From: Octopus vulgaris
Taxonomy: Eukaryota
Direction of reading: 5' to 3'
DNA: 64,000 bases
Assembly (NCBI GenBank): GCA_951406725.2
Contig: OX597842.1
Coordinates: 6,138,001 to 6,202,000, forward strand
A program made the position numbers and the translations under genes. Below, one piece after another: positions 47,916-61,900 of the stretch. The notes beneath the pieces were generated by a model. That model worked only from the letters and a program-made list of their open reading frames with translations, was not told the DNA's origin and did not search any database. The stretch's first letter is position 1; each line of letters begins with the position of its first letter.

Positions 47916-47985
47916 TATATATAGACATATATATATATATAGACATATATATAGACATATATATATATATATATATATATTTATT

Positions 47986-48075
47986 ATATAGGAGGAGCTT
48001 CTACAGGACTAGAACTGTTTCATTCAAGAGCTCTTGAATGAAACAGTTCTAATCCTGTAGAAGCTCCTTCTATAT
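47986..48075. repeat. Near-perfect loopless palindrome of the 28504 HHR family
   Basis: ..tttcattcaagag|ctcttgaatgaaa.., centre at 48030/48031. Confidence 0.9.
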
Positions 48076-48148
48076 AATAAATTAATTTTACTCTGCTATG
48101 TATTGAGTACCTTATTTACTGTGGTTAACCCCGAATCAACCCGGGACC

Positions 48149-48228
<80 letters not shown>

Positions 48229-49125
48229 CATACATATTTATTAGGGTTACTTTGTGTAGCTCGGGTGACAACCAATGTAATATTTTTGCCATGCTATACA
48301 CATTTTTGCATTTCTTTTGTAAGCTTCACATATTTTGGCACCATGTTGCCTTTTACCCCGCCTTGTGTCATTTGTTCCTCTTATTTACTATTTAGTGTAA
48401 ATCAAGAACTTCATAAACAATGTTATATGTTTTTCCAGAAGGAGCAAACAAAAATAAATCGTCTGGACTTCCAACTCTTGAGAGAAATAATGTTCTGCAA
48501 GTTTTAGTTCAATAACAGATAGAGTTTGTCCTTGATATTTATTTTAAGATATAGTTGAGCTTTACTGAGAACTGAAGCCTTTTGAAAACAAAAAGAATTT
48601 CAGTGTCAGACAAAATCAAGGCTATTCTGGTATTCATTTCCTCATTTCAGTTATTTAACTTTGGCCATGCTGGAGCACTACCTTGTAAGGTTTAATTGAA
48701 CAAATCGATCCCAGGACTTCATTTTTAAGCTGAGAACTTATTCTGCCAATCTCTTTTGCCAACCTGTTAAGTTACGGGTGTATAAACACACCAACACCAG
48801 TTGTCAAACAGTGATGAGGGAACAAACACAAACATGCATACATATATATATATATATGTATATATGTATATATATGTATATATATGTATATGTATATATG
48901 TCTATGTTTGTGTCTGTGTTTGCCCCCCCCCCTGGTTGACAACCAATGTTGGTGTGTTTACATCCCCGTAACTTATTGTTTCAGCAAAAGAGACTGATAA
49001 AATAAGTACTAGGCTTATAAAGAATAAGTCCTGGGGTTGGTTTGTTCAACTAAAGGTGGTGCTCCAGCATGGCCGCAGTCAAATGACTGAATCAAATAAA
49101 ATAATATATATATATATATATATAT

Positions 49126-49297
49126 AGGCGCAGGAGTGGCTGTGTGGTTAGTAGCTTGCTTACCAACCACATGGTTCCGGGTTCAGTCCCACTGCGTGGC
49201 ACCTTGGGCTAGTGTCTTCTACTATAGCCTCGGGCCGACCAAAGCCTTGTGAGTGGATTTGGTAGACGGAAACTGAAAGAAACCCATCGTATATATG

Positions 49298-49335
<38 letters not shown>

Positions 49336-49545
49336 AGAGTTTGTATGTCTGTGTTTGTCCATCCAACATTGCTTGACAGCCGATGCTGGTGTGTTTATGT
49401 CCCCGTCACTTAGCGGTTCGGCAAAGAGACCGATAGAATAAGTACCGGGCTTACAAAGAATAACTGGGATCGAGTTGCTCGATTAAAGGCGGTGCTCCAG
49501 CATGGCCGCAGTCAAATGACTGAAACAAGTAAAAGAGTAAAAGAG
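49126..49545 (+). mobile_element. SINE family A, full length; partial copies flank it
   Basis: Colinear with 7551-7958. Confidence 0.9.
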
Positions 49546-49868
49546 TATATATACAACAGGTTTCTTTCAGTATCCATCTACCATATCCATTCAGAAGGCT
49601 TTGGTCAGCCTGAGGGTATAGTAGAAGACACTTACTCAACGTGCCACACAGTGGGACTGAACCTGGAAACATGTAGGTGAGAAGCAAGCTTCCTTACCAC
49701 ACAGCTACTCCTGCACCTATGTATAAGTGCATTTCTCCCATAAATAAACCACTCATAATAGTAGCTGTTTTTTGAGCAAGAATGAGAGTTTTTTTATATG
49801 TAATTATCATCACCCACGACTTTATAAAAGAGATAAAATATAATTTTGTTCAATATATTTTAATGAAA

Positions 49869-50630
49869 TTAAGGCATACCTACACAAATGTGCCCCCCAC
49901 GCCCCCGTTCCCAAAGTTTGTTTCCTCATAACCTCCAGAAAAATGAGTATTTTTTAATGAAATTTTCTACAAAAACGCCTCAGACAGTGTAGATTGTGAT
50001 TATATTAGAATTTGTTTCGGAAAATGCTTTCCATGAGTGGGGAAAGGGGTTTCGAAAAATTCACACGAGTCGATTTTGTTTCCCAATAACTTTAAGAAAA
50101 AGTGGGTATTTTGAATGAAATTTTCTGCAAATACCTATCAGAGTGTGTAAATTACGATTATATCAGAATTTAATATGAAAATGACTCGTACACATATAGT
50201 GACACACATCGCTTACATCTACAAAATGAAACTTGATATTGTCTCATTATGTATTGTACGTGCGCACCACTTTTTTTCTTTTCTTCTATTAAATTCTAAT
50301 GAATCGTTATCTACGCATTCTGGAAGGTATTTGTAGAAAATTTCATTAAAAAATACCCATTTTTATGACAGTTTTTCGAGAGACAAAGCCAACCCATGTC
50401 AATTTTCCGAAGCTTCTCAGCAAACAGGTGAAGGAAAAAAAAAATTTTTTTTTTGTCACAAATTCCGATATAATCAGGATTTACACCATCTGAAGCAAAT
50501 TTATAGAAAATTTTATTTAAAAACATTCATTTTTCAGGAAGTTAAAAAGAAACAAAGTCAAGGTGGGGCGAACTTGGGATCTGTTCCATCTCATGAACAG
50601 CTAGATTGAGCACTTGTGTAGGTGTACCGA
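49869..50630. mobile_element. Non-autonomous DNA-transposon-like element with direct and inverted subterminal repeats
   Basis: Ends ggcatacctacacaa / ttgtgtaggtgtacc. Motif aatgaaattttct recurs in both orientations. Related pieces near 58860 and 62920. Confidence 0.55.
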
Positions 50631-50997
50631 ATTTAAAAAGATTCTTTACCTTATGTTCAAATTTTAGATGGCTTCTTCGTGAAGAGAACGGTCACCGATG
50701 ATTATAACAACCGAAGACGGATAAGAGTCTAAACGATATCAATTCCCTATTTAGAAATATTTTTAACTTTGCGATTAATGACTGGCTGGATACAGTTTTA
50801 TAAGAAGTAAAAATTGAAATGAATATATTTTCAGTGATTTTAATAAAACACTCTACCTTCAGTGTTGACTTTACAGTTTTCTTCGTGAAACAAAAGGGAT
50901 AACACTCGAAACGATTAGCAGACGATAACTACTTTGCGCGCTCGTAAAAAAAAAGGGAATACTTCGGGTGTTTCCGGATAATTTCGGTTTAAACACG

Positions 50998-51031
<34 letters not shown>

Positions 51032-51569
51032 GTGAGAGAAAAAGAGAGAATAAGAGTCGTAAAGAGGAAGATAAAAAGATCCGAAATATGATAGAGAGAG
51101 AGAGGGAGAAAGCGAACCAGGAGTGATATGAAAGACAAAGAGAGAGAGAGGGAGAAAGCGAACCAGGAGTGATATGAAAGACAAAGAGAGAGAGAGAGAG
51201 AGAGAAGTGTGTGTATGTGTGTCAGAGTAATATGAAAGACGAAAGACAAAGAGTGAAAAGGGGAGTAAGATAGAATAAGTGACAATTAGTCTCCAATAGG
51301 GAAACAAAGAAATATTTATTTCTTTTTTTGCCCACAGGGGGATAAACATTGAAGAGACAAACAAGGACAGACAAAGGGATTATGTCGATTACATCGACTA
51401 GTGCGTAATCGACCCTGAAAGGATGAAAGGCAAAGCCGACCTCGGCGGAATTTGAACTCAGAACATAAAGACAGACGAAATATGTAGAGAGATATACTGA
51501 CGATAGTTTATACACTTGTGAAATTGTGTGTGTGATGGACAGAAGAATGCATCTCTCTGAAGACATCTG

Positions 51570-51774
51570 TTACTCTTTTACTTGTTTCAGTCATTTGACT
51601 GCGGCCATGCTAGAGCACCACCTCTAGTCAAGCAAATCGACTCCAGGACTTATTCTTTGTAAGCCTAGTACTTATTCTATCGGTCTCTTTTGCCGAACCG
51701 CTAAGTAACGGGGACGTAAACACACCAGCATCGGTTGTCAAGCGATGTTGGGGGGGACAAACACAGATACACAA

Positions 51775-51805
<31 letters not shown>

Positions 51806-51951
51806 CGACGGGCTGCTTTCAGTTTCCGTCTACCAAATCCACTCACAAGGCTTTGGTTGGCTATAGTAGAAGACGCTTGCCCAAAGTGCCACGCAGTGGG
51901 ACTGAACCCGAAACCATGTGGTTGTTAAGCAAGCTACTTACCACACAGCCA
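51570..51951 (-). mobile_element. SINE family A
   Basis: Reverse complement of 7551-7958. Confidence 0.88.
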
Positions 51952-52428
51952 CTATCAACGCTTACACTTAGTTACATTTTCCACCAGTCCTCCTCACCCC
52001 TCCTTTTATCTGTTACCAACCCTCTCCCACTTCACATAGCTACGCATCCCTCACACCTACCTACCTTTTCTTTCCTCGATGTTCTAAAAGTTACATAGGT
52101 GCAGGCATGGCTGTGCGATAAGAAGTTTGCTTCTCAACCACATCGTTCCAGGTTCAGTCCCACAGCATAGCACCTAGGACAAGTGTCAGAAAGACTACCA
52201 CCCCCATTTTCTCCCAAATTTGTTTATTTTTGTAAATTTATTTTGCCAAAACTCCCAGTTTTCGGATACAGACAATTGCCAAAAATTGGCATTGTGAAAT
52301 TTTTCCCTCCTTTCCCCCTAATTTCTTCAATTTTGATTTTTTCCCCAACATTAACCCTAAAACCCTAACCCTAAAATCGTAACCATAAGTACAGAAATGT
52401 TTTGAAATTTTTGTCCGGAGAACATTAC

Positions 52429-52510
52429 TTTTGACCAGTATACAGCTGTTAATTGCCAATCCAACGGAGCTTTGTTGGATTGGCAATTAACAGCTGTATA
52501 CTGGTCAAAA
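52429..52510. repeat. Perfect hairpin next to degenerate (CCCTAA)n
   Basis: ttttgaccagtatacagctgttaattgccaatccaac / gttggattggcaattaacagctgtatactggtcaaaa. Confidence 0.92.
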
Positions 52511-53025
52511 AAATGTTCTCCTTTATAAATCTCAGATTCCTGCAAATCTAAGCCAGACTGTCAGTCTCCACAGAAATAGACCTTTCTGTGTAGGTGGGTA
52601 CCTGCAACCCCTTTCCTCTCAGTTATCCCAGAATGCTCTATGTGGGCGGTTTTTCTATGCTCCACATAATTCCTTCAGCCATTATAATTCTAACATAGCA
52701 GTTTTGTGAAATGAACAGAAGTGTGACAAGTATCTTATCATATATCAGAAAATTATACCCACCTTATTATGGATTAATCATGGATGGATTCATTGTCTGT
52801 GAGTATGAAATATCCCCTCATATCTCCGGTAATTGCACCTACATTATGGATGGATTTACCTTTTCTGTGAAGCTAACAGGCTTTTTTAAAGCCTGTTATA
52901 AGACTGTGCATCATTAGAGAACTTTGGAAGTTTGCTTACAATCTAAATTTGCTTTTTATAGAACTATCTTCGATACTTCATGAGTGTAGTCTCACCCCCT
53001 AGGATGCTTAGAGAACTCATATGTG

Positions 53026-53116
53026 TTTTGGCTGATGAGTACGGGACACTTGTATTTGCTGCAATATTTGCAGCTTTTAATAAAGCTGTTCTTCGTATGA
53101 AACAATTGTACTGAAA
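53026..53116 (+). ncRNA. Type-I hammerhead ribozyme with extended stem II and intact core
   Basis: TTTTGG CTGATGA GTACG..CGTAT GAAAC AATT GTA CTGAAA. Confidence 0.78.
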
Positions 53117-53146
53117 AACTAATCCATTCTTGTTGCTTTTTTCTTG

Positions 53147-53194
<48 letters not shown>

Positions 53195-53227
53195 GATGTA
53201 TCCCTTTCTCTCTCTCTCTCTCTCTCT

Positions 53228-53271
<44 letters not shown>

Positions 53272-53921
53272 AGTAAAACCAAAATTGTAGCTGTGGCCAG
53301 TGCCCCCAGACTGGCTCCTGTTCCAGTACCATGTAAAATGCACCATCCAAATGTGGCCGATGCCAGTACCCACTGACTGGCTCCTATGCCATGGCATGCA
53401 AAATGTACCATCCGAACATGGCTCCTGTGCTGGTGGCACATAAAAAGCCCTATCCGAACATGATCAATGCCAGGACCGCCTGACTGGCCTCTGTGCCATT
53501 AACACATAAAAAGCACCCACTACACTCTCAGAGTGGTTGGCATTATGAAGGGCATCCAGCTGTAGAAACACTGCAAGATCAGATTGGAGCCTCATGCAGC
53601 TGCTGGCTCTCAAGACCTCAGTCAAACCGTCCAACCCATGCCAGCATAGAAAATGGACATTAAGCGATGATGATGATGATAATGATGATGATATATATAT
53701 ATGTATAATGGATAAATTAAGAAATGGAGTCAAACACAGTTGTTACACCCGCATTTCACTCCATTTCTTAATTTATCCATGTCATACAAAAACATTTCAC
53801 TTAACTCTGGAATTTCTACCTTTATAAGTAGGCTGTAATATCCTTGGCACTTATGTGAATTTTTGCTATCCTGGTAACTATTTATTTTTTTTTCTTTGTT
53901 ATTTGGACACATTGAAAAAAT

Positions 53922-53955
<34 letters not shown>

Positions 53956-53962
53956 TCTAGCA

Positions 53963-54009
53963 AAAACTGTCCGATGAATGGCAACGGGAAACTCAGAGTA
54001 ACAGGTTTT
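53963..54009 (+). ncRNA. Hammerhead motif in a short insert between (TA)n tracts
   Basis: aaaactgt CCGATGA atggcaacgg GAAAC tcaga GTA acaggtttt. Stem II is degraded. Confidence 0.62.
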
Positions 54010-54108
54010 GTTGAATTTTCTGCTGCTTTAAATAAAGCATATTACTCTACCACTGGTATTTGAGTACTCTTTTTTCCACCTTGTTTCACATTTATGTGTT
54101 TACTCTGT

Positions 54109-54206
<98 letters not shown>

Positions 54207-55677
54207 GAGAGAGGGAGAGAGAGATACAGCCAAATAGCATTAGTTGTTAAAACATCACAACTTTGTCTTTCATCCTTTCTGGCTCTATGAACTACTAGTC
54301 TCATGCTGGACTCGATTCTGTTCTCTCTTACTCCCTCTCTCTCTCTTTCTTTCTCCCTCTCTCTCTCTTTCTCTTTCTCTCTCTTCCTCCCTCTTTCTTC
54401 CCAGAAGAAATTGGCTGTGGTCAGACCTGGTGAGCAACGGGCTCCACCAGGTCTAAAAGTCTCTAAGATATGCTGCATTTCACAACAGCACTCATACGAC
54501 TGCATCACATAGTTGACGGACTTGAGCAAGATAGTGCTTATGCACAAGAAACTACCATAAATTTTATAGCTCAATTGACACAATACCATATAAAATCTTG
54601 CACACAGTTTGTAATCAGCTATTACAAATGCAGAGAGCAAAAAACTTTCGAAAATTGAAGATAAACAATATCATTGATGATTAAAATATCAATTTCCTAC
54701 ACCTGTTTCAATAATCCTCACATATCCTCATAACTGTACAATTATATAACAATATAAGTATAAAGGACATAAGAATCTTATTTTCAAGGATCACTTTTTT
54801 AATATGAATTCCAAATTATAACAAAGTCTATATAGAAAGAGGAAGATGCAAGAGAAAGAAGAAAGAAAGAAGAGAAAGGAAGTAATGATTTAGTGACAAA
54901 GAGTAAATAGAAAGATAGAAAGATGTTAACAATGGAGATGGAAAGAAGAGATTAAAGCAGTAAAATAGTAATAAAATCAAGAAAAGAAATATGGAATTCA
55001 TAAAAACTAAATAAATAATAACAAAGAAAAGTAATAGATAAATATAAAGTAAAATAAATAAAAATATATAGTAAAAGTAATAAATCAATGAAAAACTGAT
55101 ATCTGAAGCAGGAAGGTTATAAATTAATTCTTGTAGCTATGCAGATAACTGCAGGTTTAGCTGGTCATACATGGCAATTTGAAGGAGAATCATGAAAGCT
55201 CTGCTGGAAAACTGGATCACAAGAGTTCACAGATACATGTAAACATATATCATCATCATCATCATTATAGTTTAACGTGCATTTTCCAAGCTAGCATGGG
55301 TTGAACGGTTTAACATGGAGGTGGCCAGCTGGGAGCTGTCCAGACTCCAATTGTCCATTGTGACATGGTCTCTATGTCTAGATGCCCTTCCTAATGCCAC
55401 CCACTTAGCAGAGTGTGCTGGGTGACTTTTATGTGCCACCAGCATAAGTGCATTTATGCAGCACCAGCATGGGTGCTTTTTATGTGGCACCAGCACCTGA
55501 AAGGACAAGCTTGTATATGCGGAAGACAATAGACACACATACACACACACAGGACAAACATTAGATCCCTCAAATTATCTGAGCAGGTTGCTCAGTGAGA
55601 AGATGCAACATGAGTCCCCAGAATATATATATATATATATATACTTTGGGTATGGTAGATGAGTTCAGCAAAAATTT

Positions 55678-57336
55678 AGATTCAGATGAATATGGTACTT
55701 AAGTTGAGGCACCAGAAACTAGTATGGTATTATCCATACAATTTCAAAGTAAGGTGATTAAAATCAAAATAAGCAACAAGGATATCCAGAGATAATGCAG
55801 TACGATCGTTTCATGTGACTCCATTTAATTGAACAATGCAATCATTACATCAATTTAAAATGTAGAGCAATCTTCAGCTGCACAAAGACATAGAATTTAA
55901 TTAAATTAGAACAGATGGACACATTAGTATAATTATACCTACAATCTCCAAGTTAAGGAGATAAACAAAGAATATGTTGTACCTACAACAGCATAGCCTT
56001 AACTAAAATTTTCAAGAAGACACTGCCTCTCACTGATTTTTTTGTTTTTTTATGGGGTCATTTATAATTTATAGACTAGTTTATCAAATCCCTTGTATAT
56101 TTAAGGCTGAGAGAAACAGAGGTAGTATCTGTTTGGGTAGAGTTGAGGGTGTAGACAGACATTCTAGATGGTATAGTCATAAAAATCAAGATTAATTAGA
56201 AGCAATGTCATGAGGTTTAGTAGATGTTAAGGGGTCACCCACTAGCAGACTATTGATAATGAAACAGGGGAAGTCTTATCATGTAGAATTATAGTTAAAT
56301 ACTTTAAAACAATGTTGCTATATTATATACAGTTAAAGTTTAGGGTTATTCAAGAGATTATTAAGAAGAATATTGTAACAAACGGATAGAAATTTATGAA
56401 TACTTTTGAGTATCTACCAAACTTTTACCACAATAGAGGGAGGAAAAGAAATTATCCAGAAATAGTTTAATATTTATACATAATGTACGCTTAGATACTA
56501 ACTCATCAGATAGTATCTGCGAATATTGATTAATTGGTATATACTGGTATTAATAAAGGAGTATTGAGGTAAAGGAACATGCTAATTATATATTAATAAA
56601 ATTATAATCTAAGCAGTTTTTTTTTATAAGTAGTGAATATACCAGTATAGTTTTATATAAGCTAAGTATGAATTTATAGAGATACTAAAATTAGATTAAT
56701 TTCCTAAATAAATAAAGGCTAATTATAAAATAATAAAGAAATAAAATAAAATAACAAAGTAGGGCAGAACACCATAGAAAAGGAAATAAAATAGCTTAAT
56801 TACTAATACTATGATAAAGTATATGTCACTTACTAACACCAATAGAGAAGACTTTAGGAAAAGTATAATAATTCAAAATATATTAGACTAAAAATTATAT
56901 ATTTACTTATTTAGCTAATATCAATAAAAGACTAATGTCTGGTATCAGGTGAAGGAATATTTAAGTTATGGAACAATCCTATTTTACACTAATCTCTTTT
57001 TAAAAACTAAGGGTTATATTATAGTTTTAAGAAGTTATTATTGTTACTCCCTACATGATATTTATAGTTTCTTAGTGGTACTTGTTTAGAAGGGTTATTT
57101 ATATAAGGGTCCTTATAAATACTAAGTTCAGGAGGGTAGAGCCATTTAAGAAAGAGATAAATTGATGTAATGATTGCATTTTTCAATTAAATGGAGTTGC
57201 ATGAAACGATCATACTGCATTACCTCTGGATATCCTTGTTGCTTATTTTGATTTAATTACTTCATTTTGAAATTGTATGGATAATACCGTACTAAATTAT
57301 GGTGCCTCAACTTAGTTACCATATTCATCTGAATCT
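55678..57336. mobile_element. 1.65-kb fold-back element with about 180-bp HHR-bearing arms and a decayed interior
   Basis: Arms 55678-55857 and 57159-57336. Confidence 0.8.
55797..55881 (-). ncRNA. Type-I hammerhead ribozyme with intact core
   Basis: Minus strand GCAG CTGAAGA ..long stem II.. GAAAC GATC GTA CTGC. Confidence 0.75.
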
Positions 57337-58265
57337 ATACACACACACATACATACAGTGAAATTCTTATTTAATGAAAATTTTGTTTAACGAAAATTTC
57401 ATTTAATGATCCCCCAAATTTTATTTTGCAAAGTTTTGTGTATAAACTCTTGACATAGATGATATTTAATGAAATTTGGAATAACGAATACATAAAAAAG
57501 GATTTTAATGGAATTTTAGAAATATTTTAAGGATTTTTTGATAAATTTAATATAATATAATGATATGTCTATCACTTGTATCATAACAGGAGACAAGAGT
57601 ATTCGAATAGGTTACAATACCGGGACAGTTGGAATAGCCTATTTTGCCGGTTTTGCAACTAGTACTCCTTTACATAAATATGTACATTGGTTAGTTTGCT
57701 GTCTCATCATCATCATCATCATCGTTTAGCGTCCGCTTTCCATGCTAGCATGGGTTGGACGGTTCAACTGGGGTCTGGGAAGCCAGAATGCTGCACCAGG
57801 CCCAGTCTGATCTGGCAATGTTTCTAAGGCTAGAATCTGATATATGTTAGATTAGTTCATAACTTTGTTCATTAAATGTTCATTTATTTTATTGTGGTAT
57901 GTGTAAACATGTAAATGAAGTATTATTTGTGGTAGACCCCTTAAGATCGTTAGTGCAGTGGTTGTGTGAGATGTGTAGGAAGGACTTGAGCATCGTATAG
58001 AAAAACCTCAACTATATTGTATATAGCATATGAAAGCTTTAGTTTTACAGTTTGTGTCAAAATGGAGTTCATTTGAAAAACTAAATGTTTTATGCAAAAT
58101 ATGGCATTTTTTGTCAAGGAAAGCCATGATTTTAACAATTGATGGTAGGAAAGATTTTAAATTGTCTTATAACAATTGATGGTGAAAATAAAAAAAACTG
58201 TTAAATCTATGTTGTTATTTTTAACATTACCTGCAATAATTAATACTCAAACATTTTCTCGCACC

Positions 58266-58314
58266 GTCTCTGATGAAGGGATATATGAAATATCCCAGAA
58301 ACAGCTGTTAAGAC
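58266..58314 (+). ncRNA. Type-I hammerhead ribozyme (one extra nt at the cleavage site)
   Basis: GTCT CTGATGA A GGGATAT atgaa ATATCCC A GAAAC AGCT GTTA AGAC. Confidence 0.78.
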
Positions 58315-58468
58315 TTTCTCTTTGTAAATGTTCTGAAAACTATTCACAGCCTTGGATTTTTTATCTCATTCTGTCAATTTATATATATATATGCATGCTA
58401 ATACAGGACCCTCTTTGGACTCCTCACTCGTATCATTATCGAACCTGGAGCTTAACCATGGTCTATCC

Positions 58469-58669
58469 CAGTGCTTTTCAACCTTTTTGCTGGAGCGGAA
58501 CCCCAAGGAAACATTCCACTGGCTCGAGGAACCCCTGTGCAATAATTTAATAGTCTTATGCACACATATCTGCACAGGAGACTTAAAAATTACTGCCGAT
58601 TTTAGCAGTTTTGTAACTTCTTGCAGAACCCCTGGACTGTACTGGCGGAACCCTGGTTGAAAACCACTG
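58469..58669. mobile_element. hAT (Charlie-like) MITE with an 8-bp TSD
   Basis: TIRs cagtgcttttcaacc / ggttgaaaaccactg. GTCTATCC at 58461-58468 and 58670-58677. Confidence 0.9.
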
Positions 58670-58959
58670 GTCTATCCATAGTACTTACTAGCGTTACCTG
58701 ACATCTTCTGGGTCTTCTTGACACCAATACCTCTCCTACCCATGATTTTTCACTATTATAAACACTTATCTCAATAACTAGTAAGTAAATATTTTTACTT
58801 ACTAATTAATCATTTCATATTGTTAAAAGTCCATAGAATAACATCACAAAATATAATATTTAAGGTATACCTACATTGGTGCCCTCCTTTGTTCCAATAT
58901 AACTTCCAGAAAATGGATACTTTTTAATAAAATTTTCTATAAACATGCATTCTTCTTTC

Positions 58960-61900
58960 GTCCACACAATTCACGGGAAAATATAAGACCAAATAATTGT
59001 ACATACTATACATAGCAGGTTCACGTGTCTACATACAAATATTTGCATGTATAGATCCAAGATAAGTCAATTTTAAATTCCCTTATGAGAGCTAACTTGT
59101 ATATTATAAGAATAGCTAAGCAGTAATTACTATTCAGGCAGGGAGTAAAAATAATCAAATTATTTTATTTTATTTTATTTATTAATTTAAAATAGAATTT
59201 AAGGATAAAAATCACATTAATGATTTTTATCAGGTAGTTTAGCAAGCTATAAAAATTTATAGGCAATTTATACATTAAATTATTAATAATATACATAAGT
59301 ATGTAGTTATATTAAGGGAGCAAGGGTGAAAACGACCTACCTCCAGCATGCTTGCAGTGCAGATACCTTAAAAAAACTACCAAAAACTCTAGATAAATAT
59401 ACACATGGCTGAAAGCAGGCTATTGAAAGAATATTAAAAAGACATCACGTTAATTGTGAATGGCTTCCAATTTCTGGATTAATGCGAAAAATATGTTTTC
59501 TTCCCTTGTCAACACAACACAATACACGAAGCGAGCTGGCAGACACGTAAGCGCGTCGGACGAAATGCTTAGCGGTATTTCGTCTGGCGTTACGTTCTGA
59601 GTTCAAATTCCGCCGAGGTCAACTTTGCCTTTCATCCTTTCGGGGTCGATAAATAAAGTACCAGTTTCGCACTGGGGGGGGGGGGCGATATAATCAACTC
59701 AATCCCTTCGTCTGTCCTTGTTTGTCCTCTCTATGTTTAGCCCCTTCTGGGCAGTAAAGAAATATATATAATTCCAAATGATTGCACATACTGTACCAAG
59801 CATTTTCACTCGTCTACATACAAATACCTGCACGTATAGATGAAAGATATGGCAGTTTTAAATTCGCTCATGACAATCACCGTGTATATTATAAGAATAG
59901 TCAAGTAGTAAATGCTATCCGGTCAGGAGTAAAAATAATTATTTCAATTTCTTCTTTTATTCATTCATAATAGAATATAATGATAAAATAATGTTGCCGG
60001 GTCGCAGTAAAAATTTCTCATTAAATCAAGAGCTAAGTTTCTTATCACATTTCAGCCTGGGCCAGTTTTGTTGTTTATGAGCTAGTTGGTGCTTTTTATG
60101 AGAGTAATTAATATTCATTGGATTTCGGTTTTCACACCTGGAACGGCATAATCCTGGAAAATTAGCGGGACCGTGCACATGCCATTACTCGGACAAAAAG
60201 GAGGCAGAAGAAAGCGTAAAACTCGAATTTGGCTGCAAAATAGCATGATTTTGAAAATACACATAAATCTCATTTGTTGAGTTTTGGTTTCACACCCAAC
60301 CCGGTTCTGTGCAATCAGTGTCGCGACGGGAATGGTTGGGTTGAGAGTTTGACTGGCAGAGGTGATCAAGTTGCACATGCAATAATATACATATGTATAT
60401 AATTATACTAGCACTTTAACATCCCCTCCTCACCTAACCTCCCTGTCCTATGAGTGAATAGCAAAGGTGGGAAGAAAAGAGCTGATTCCGGCAAAAAGGC
60501 AGAGCAATTAGAGCACAAAAAACCGCATTCAAAGTGATTTTATGAGTATGAAGCATTGAAGCAAGTAACGCAGTAAGATGAATAGTTATAAGTTCATGAC
60601 GCATAGAAGCACGTAAGACATCAAGGTTAACTAAGGTATAAATAATAGGTATGCCTTTCGCTGGAAGGCTAATTGGGCTCTCGATCCACTGAAACAGAGG
60701 AGGTTAGGTTTGGAACACAACTAAGCCTTCAACTAAAACCTAGACTAACCTTACAGAAGGGGTAAAAACAAAGCCCTTCCTAAATAGATTCATTGAATAG
60801 GATCCAACTCTTTTAGGGCATACTTAAGGAATGATAGCATATCAAGCATATTTGGTCTTCCATGAAAATCCTGCTCTCTTGTCATTCACTTGATCTAACT
60901 CGTTAATTATTCCCTGTGTTTCTCAAATCACAAAAGTGTGCACGTTTGAAAGCCAAAATACATGATAACACGTCTTCACAAAAATGCACTGAGCCATACA
61001 GACTGTCTGCAAATGCACACATGCATTCAACTGTCAAGGGTAAAATTATCTCCGTCCAATCAAAAAACAGCTGGCAGTCTATTGGCGTATCTAGTTGTAC
61101 GCATGCACCGCTTACAAATTTCTATGTTTTAGCGATTTTGAATGGATATGCCCATAACTTATGGGTATAAGGGTTTATCGATTTTTTTTTTTTTTAATGG
61201 CTTTCTGGAGTGACTGGGGGAATGAAAAGAGCTTCACGATCACCCACAGACAGTTCTGAAAGCCCATAGAAAATGCGAGCCTTTTATGTGAAAAACTGTA
61301 GATTTGTATGAAGGACTCACAGATACACAGACATTTTGCCGTTTATAGATATAGAGATTAAGGGAGCAATGGTAACAGTGACCTATCTCCAGCATGCTTG
61401 AAGTGCCGATACCTTCAAAAACGATGAAAATATCCACATAAATTTAAACATGTCTGAAAGTGGGCTAGTGAATGTATATTCTTTTCTACTCTAGGCACAA
61501 GGCCCGAAACTGGGTGGGGTGGGGGTGCCAGTCGATTAGATCGACCCCAGTATGTGAATGGTACTCAATTTATTGACTCTGAAAGGATGAAAGGCAAAGT
61601 CAACCTCGACAGAATTTGAACTCAGAACATAAAGACAGACGAAATAGCAATAAGAATTTCGCCTGGCTTGCTAACATTTCTGCCTCCTATTAGCTGTGAA
61701 TTGGTCCCACTTTCAGTATTACAGACAAAAATAGGCTTTTTTGCTTCGTCAACACAATACACGGGGAAAAATGAGTCCAATATTTATTGAAGTGCCAATA
61801 CCATCAAAAAACTATGAAAATCTCCTCATAAATATACACATGGTTGAACTGGGCCTGTGAAGGAATATTAAAAAGACTTCATGTTAACTGAATTTGTTCC

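Noticed and set aside
51496-51530. Further HHR-like cores (CTGACGA..GAAAT; also near 10170-10240 and 20930-20992)
   Set aside because: Stems and cleavage triplet too degraded to support.
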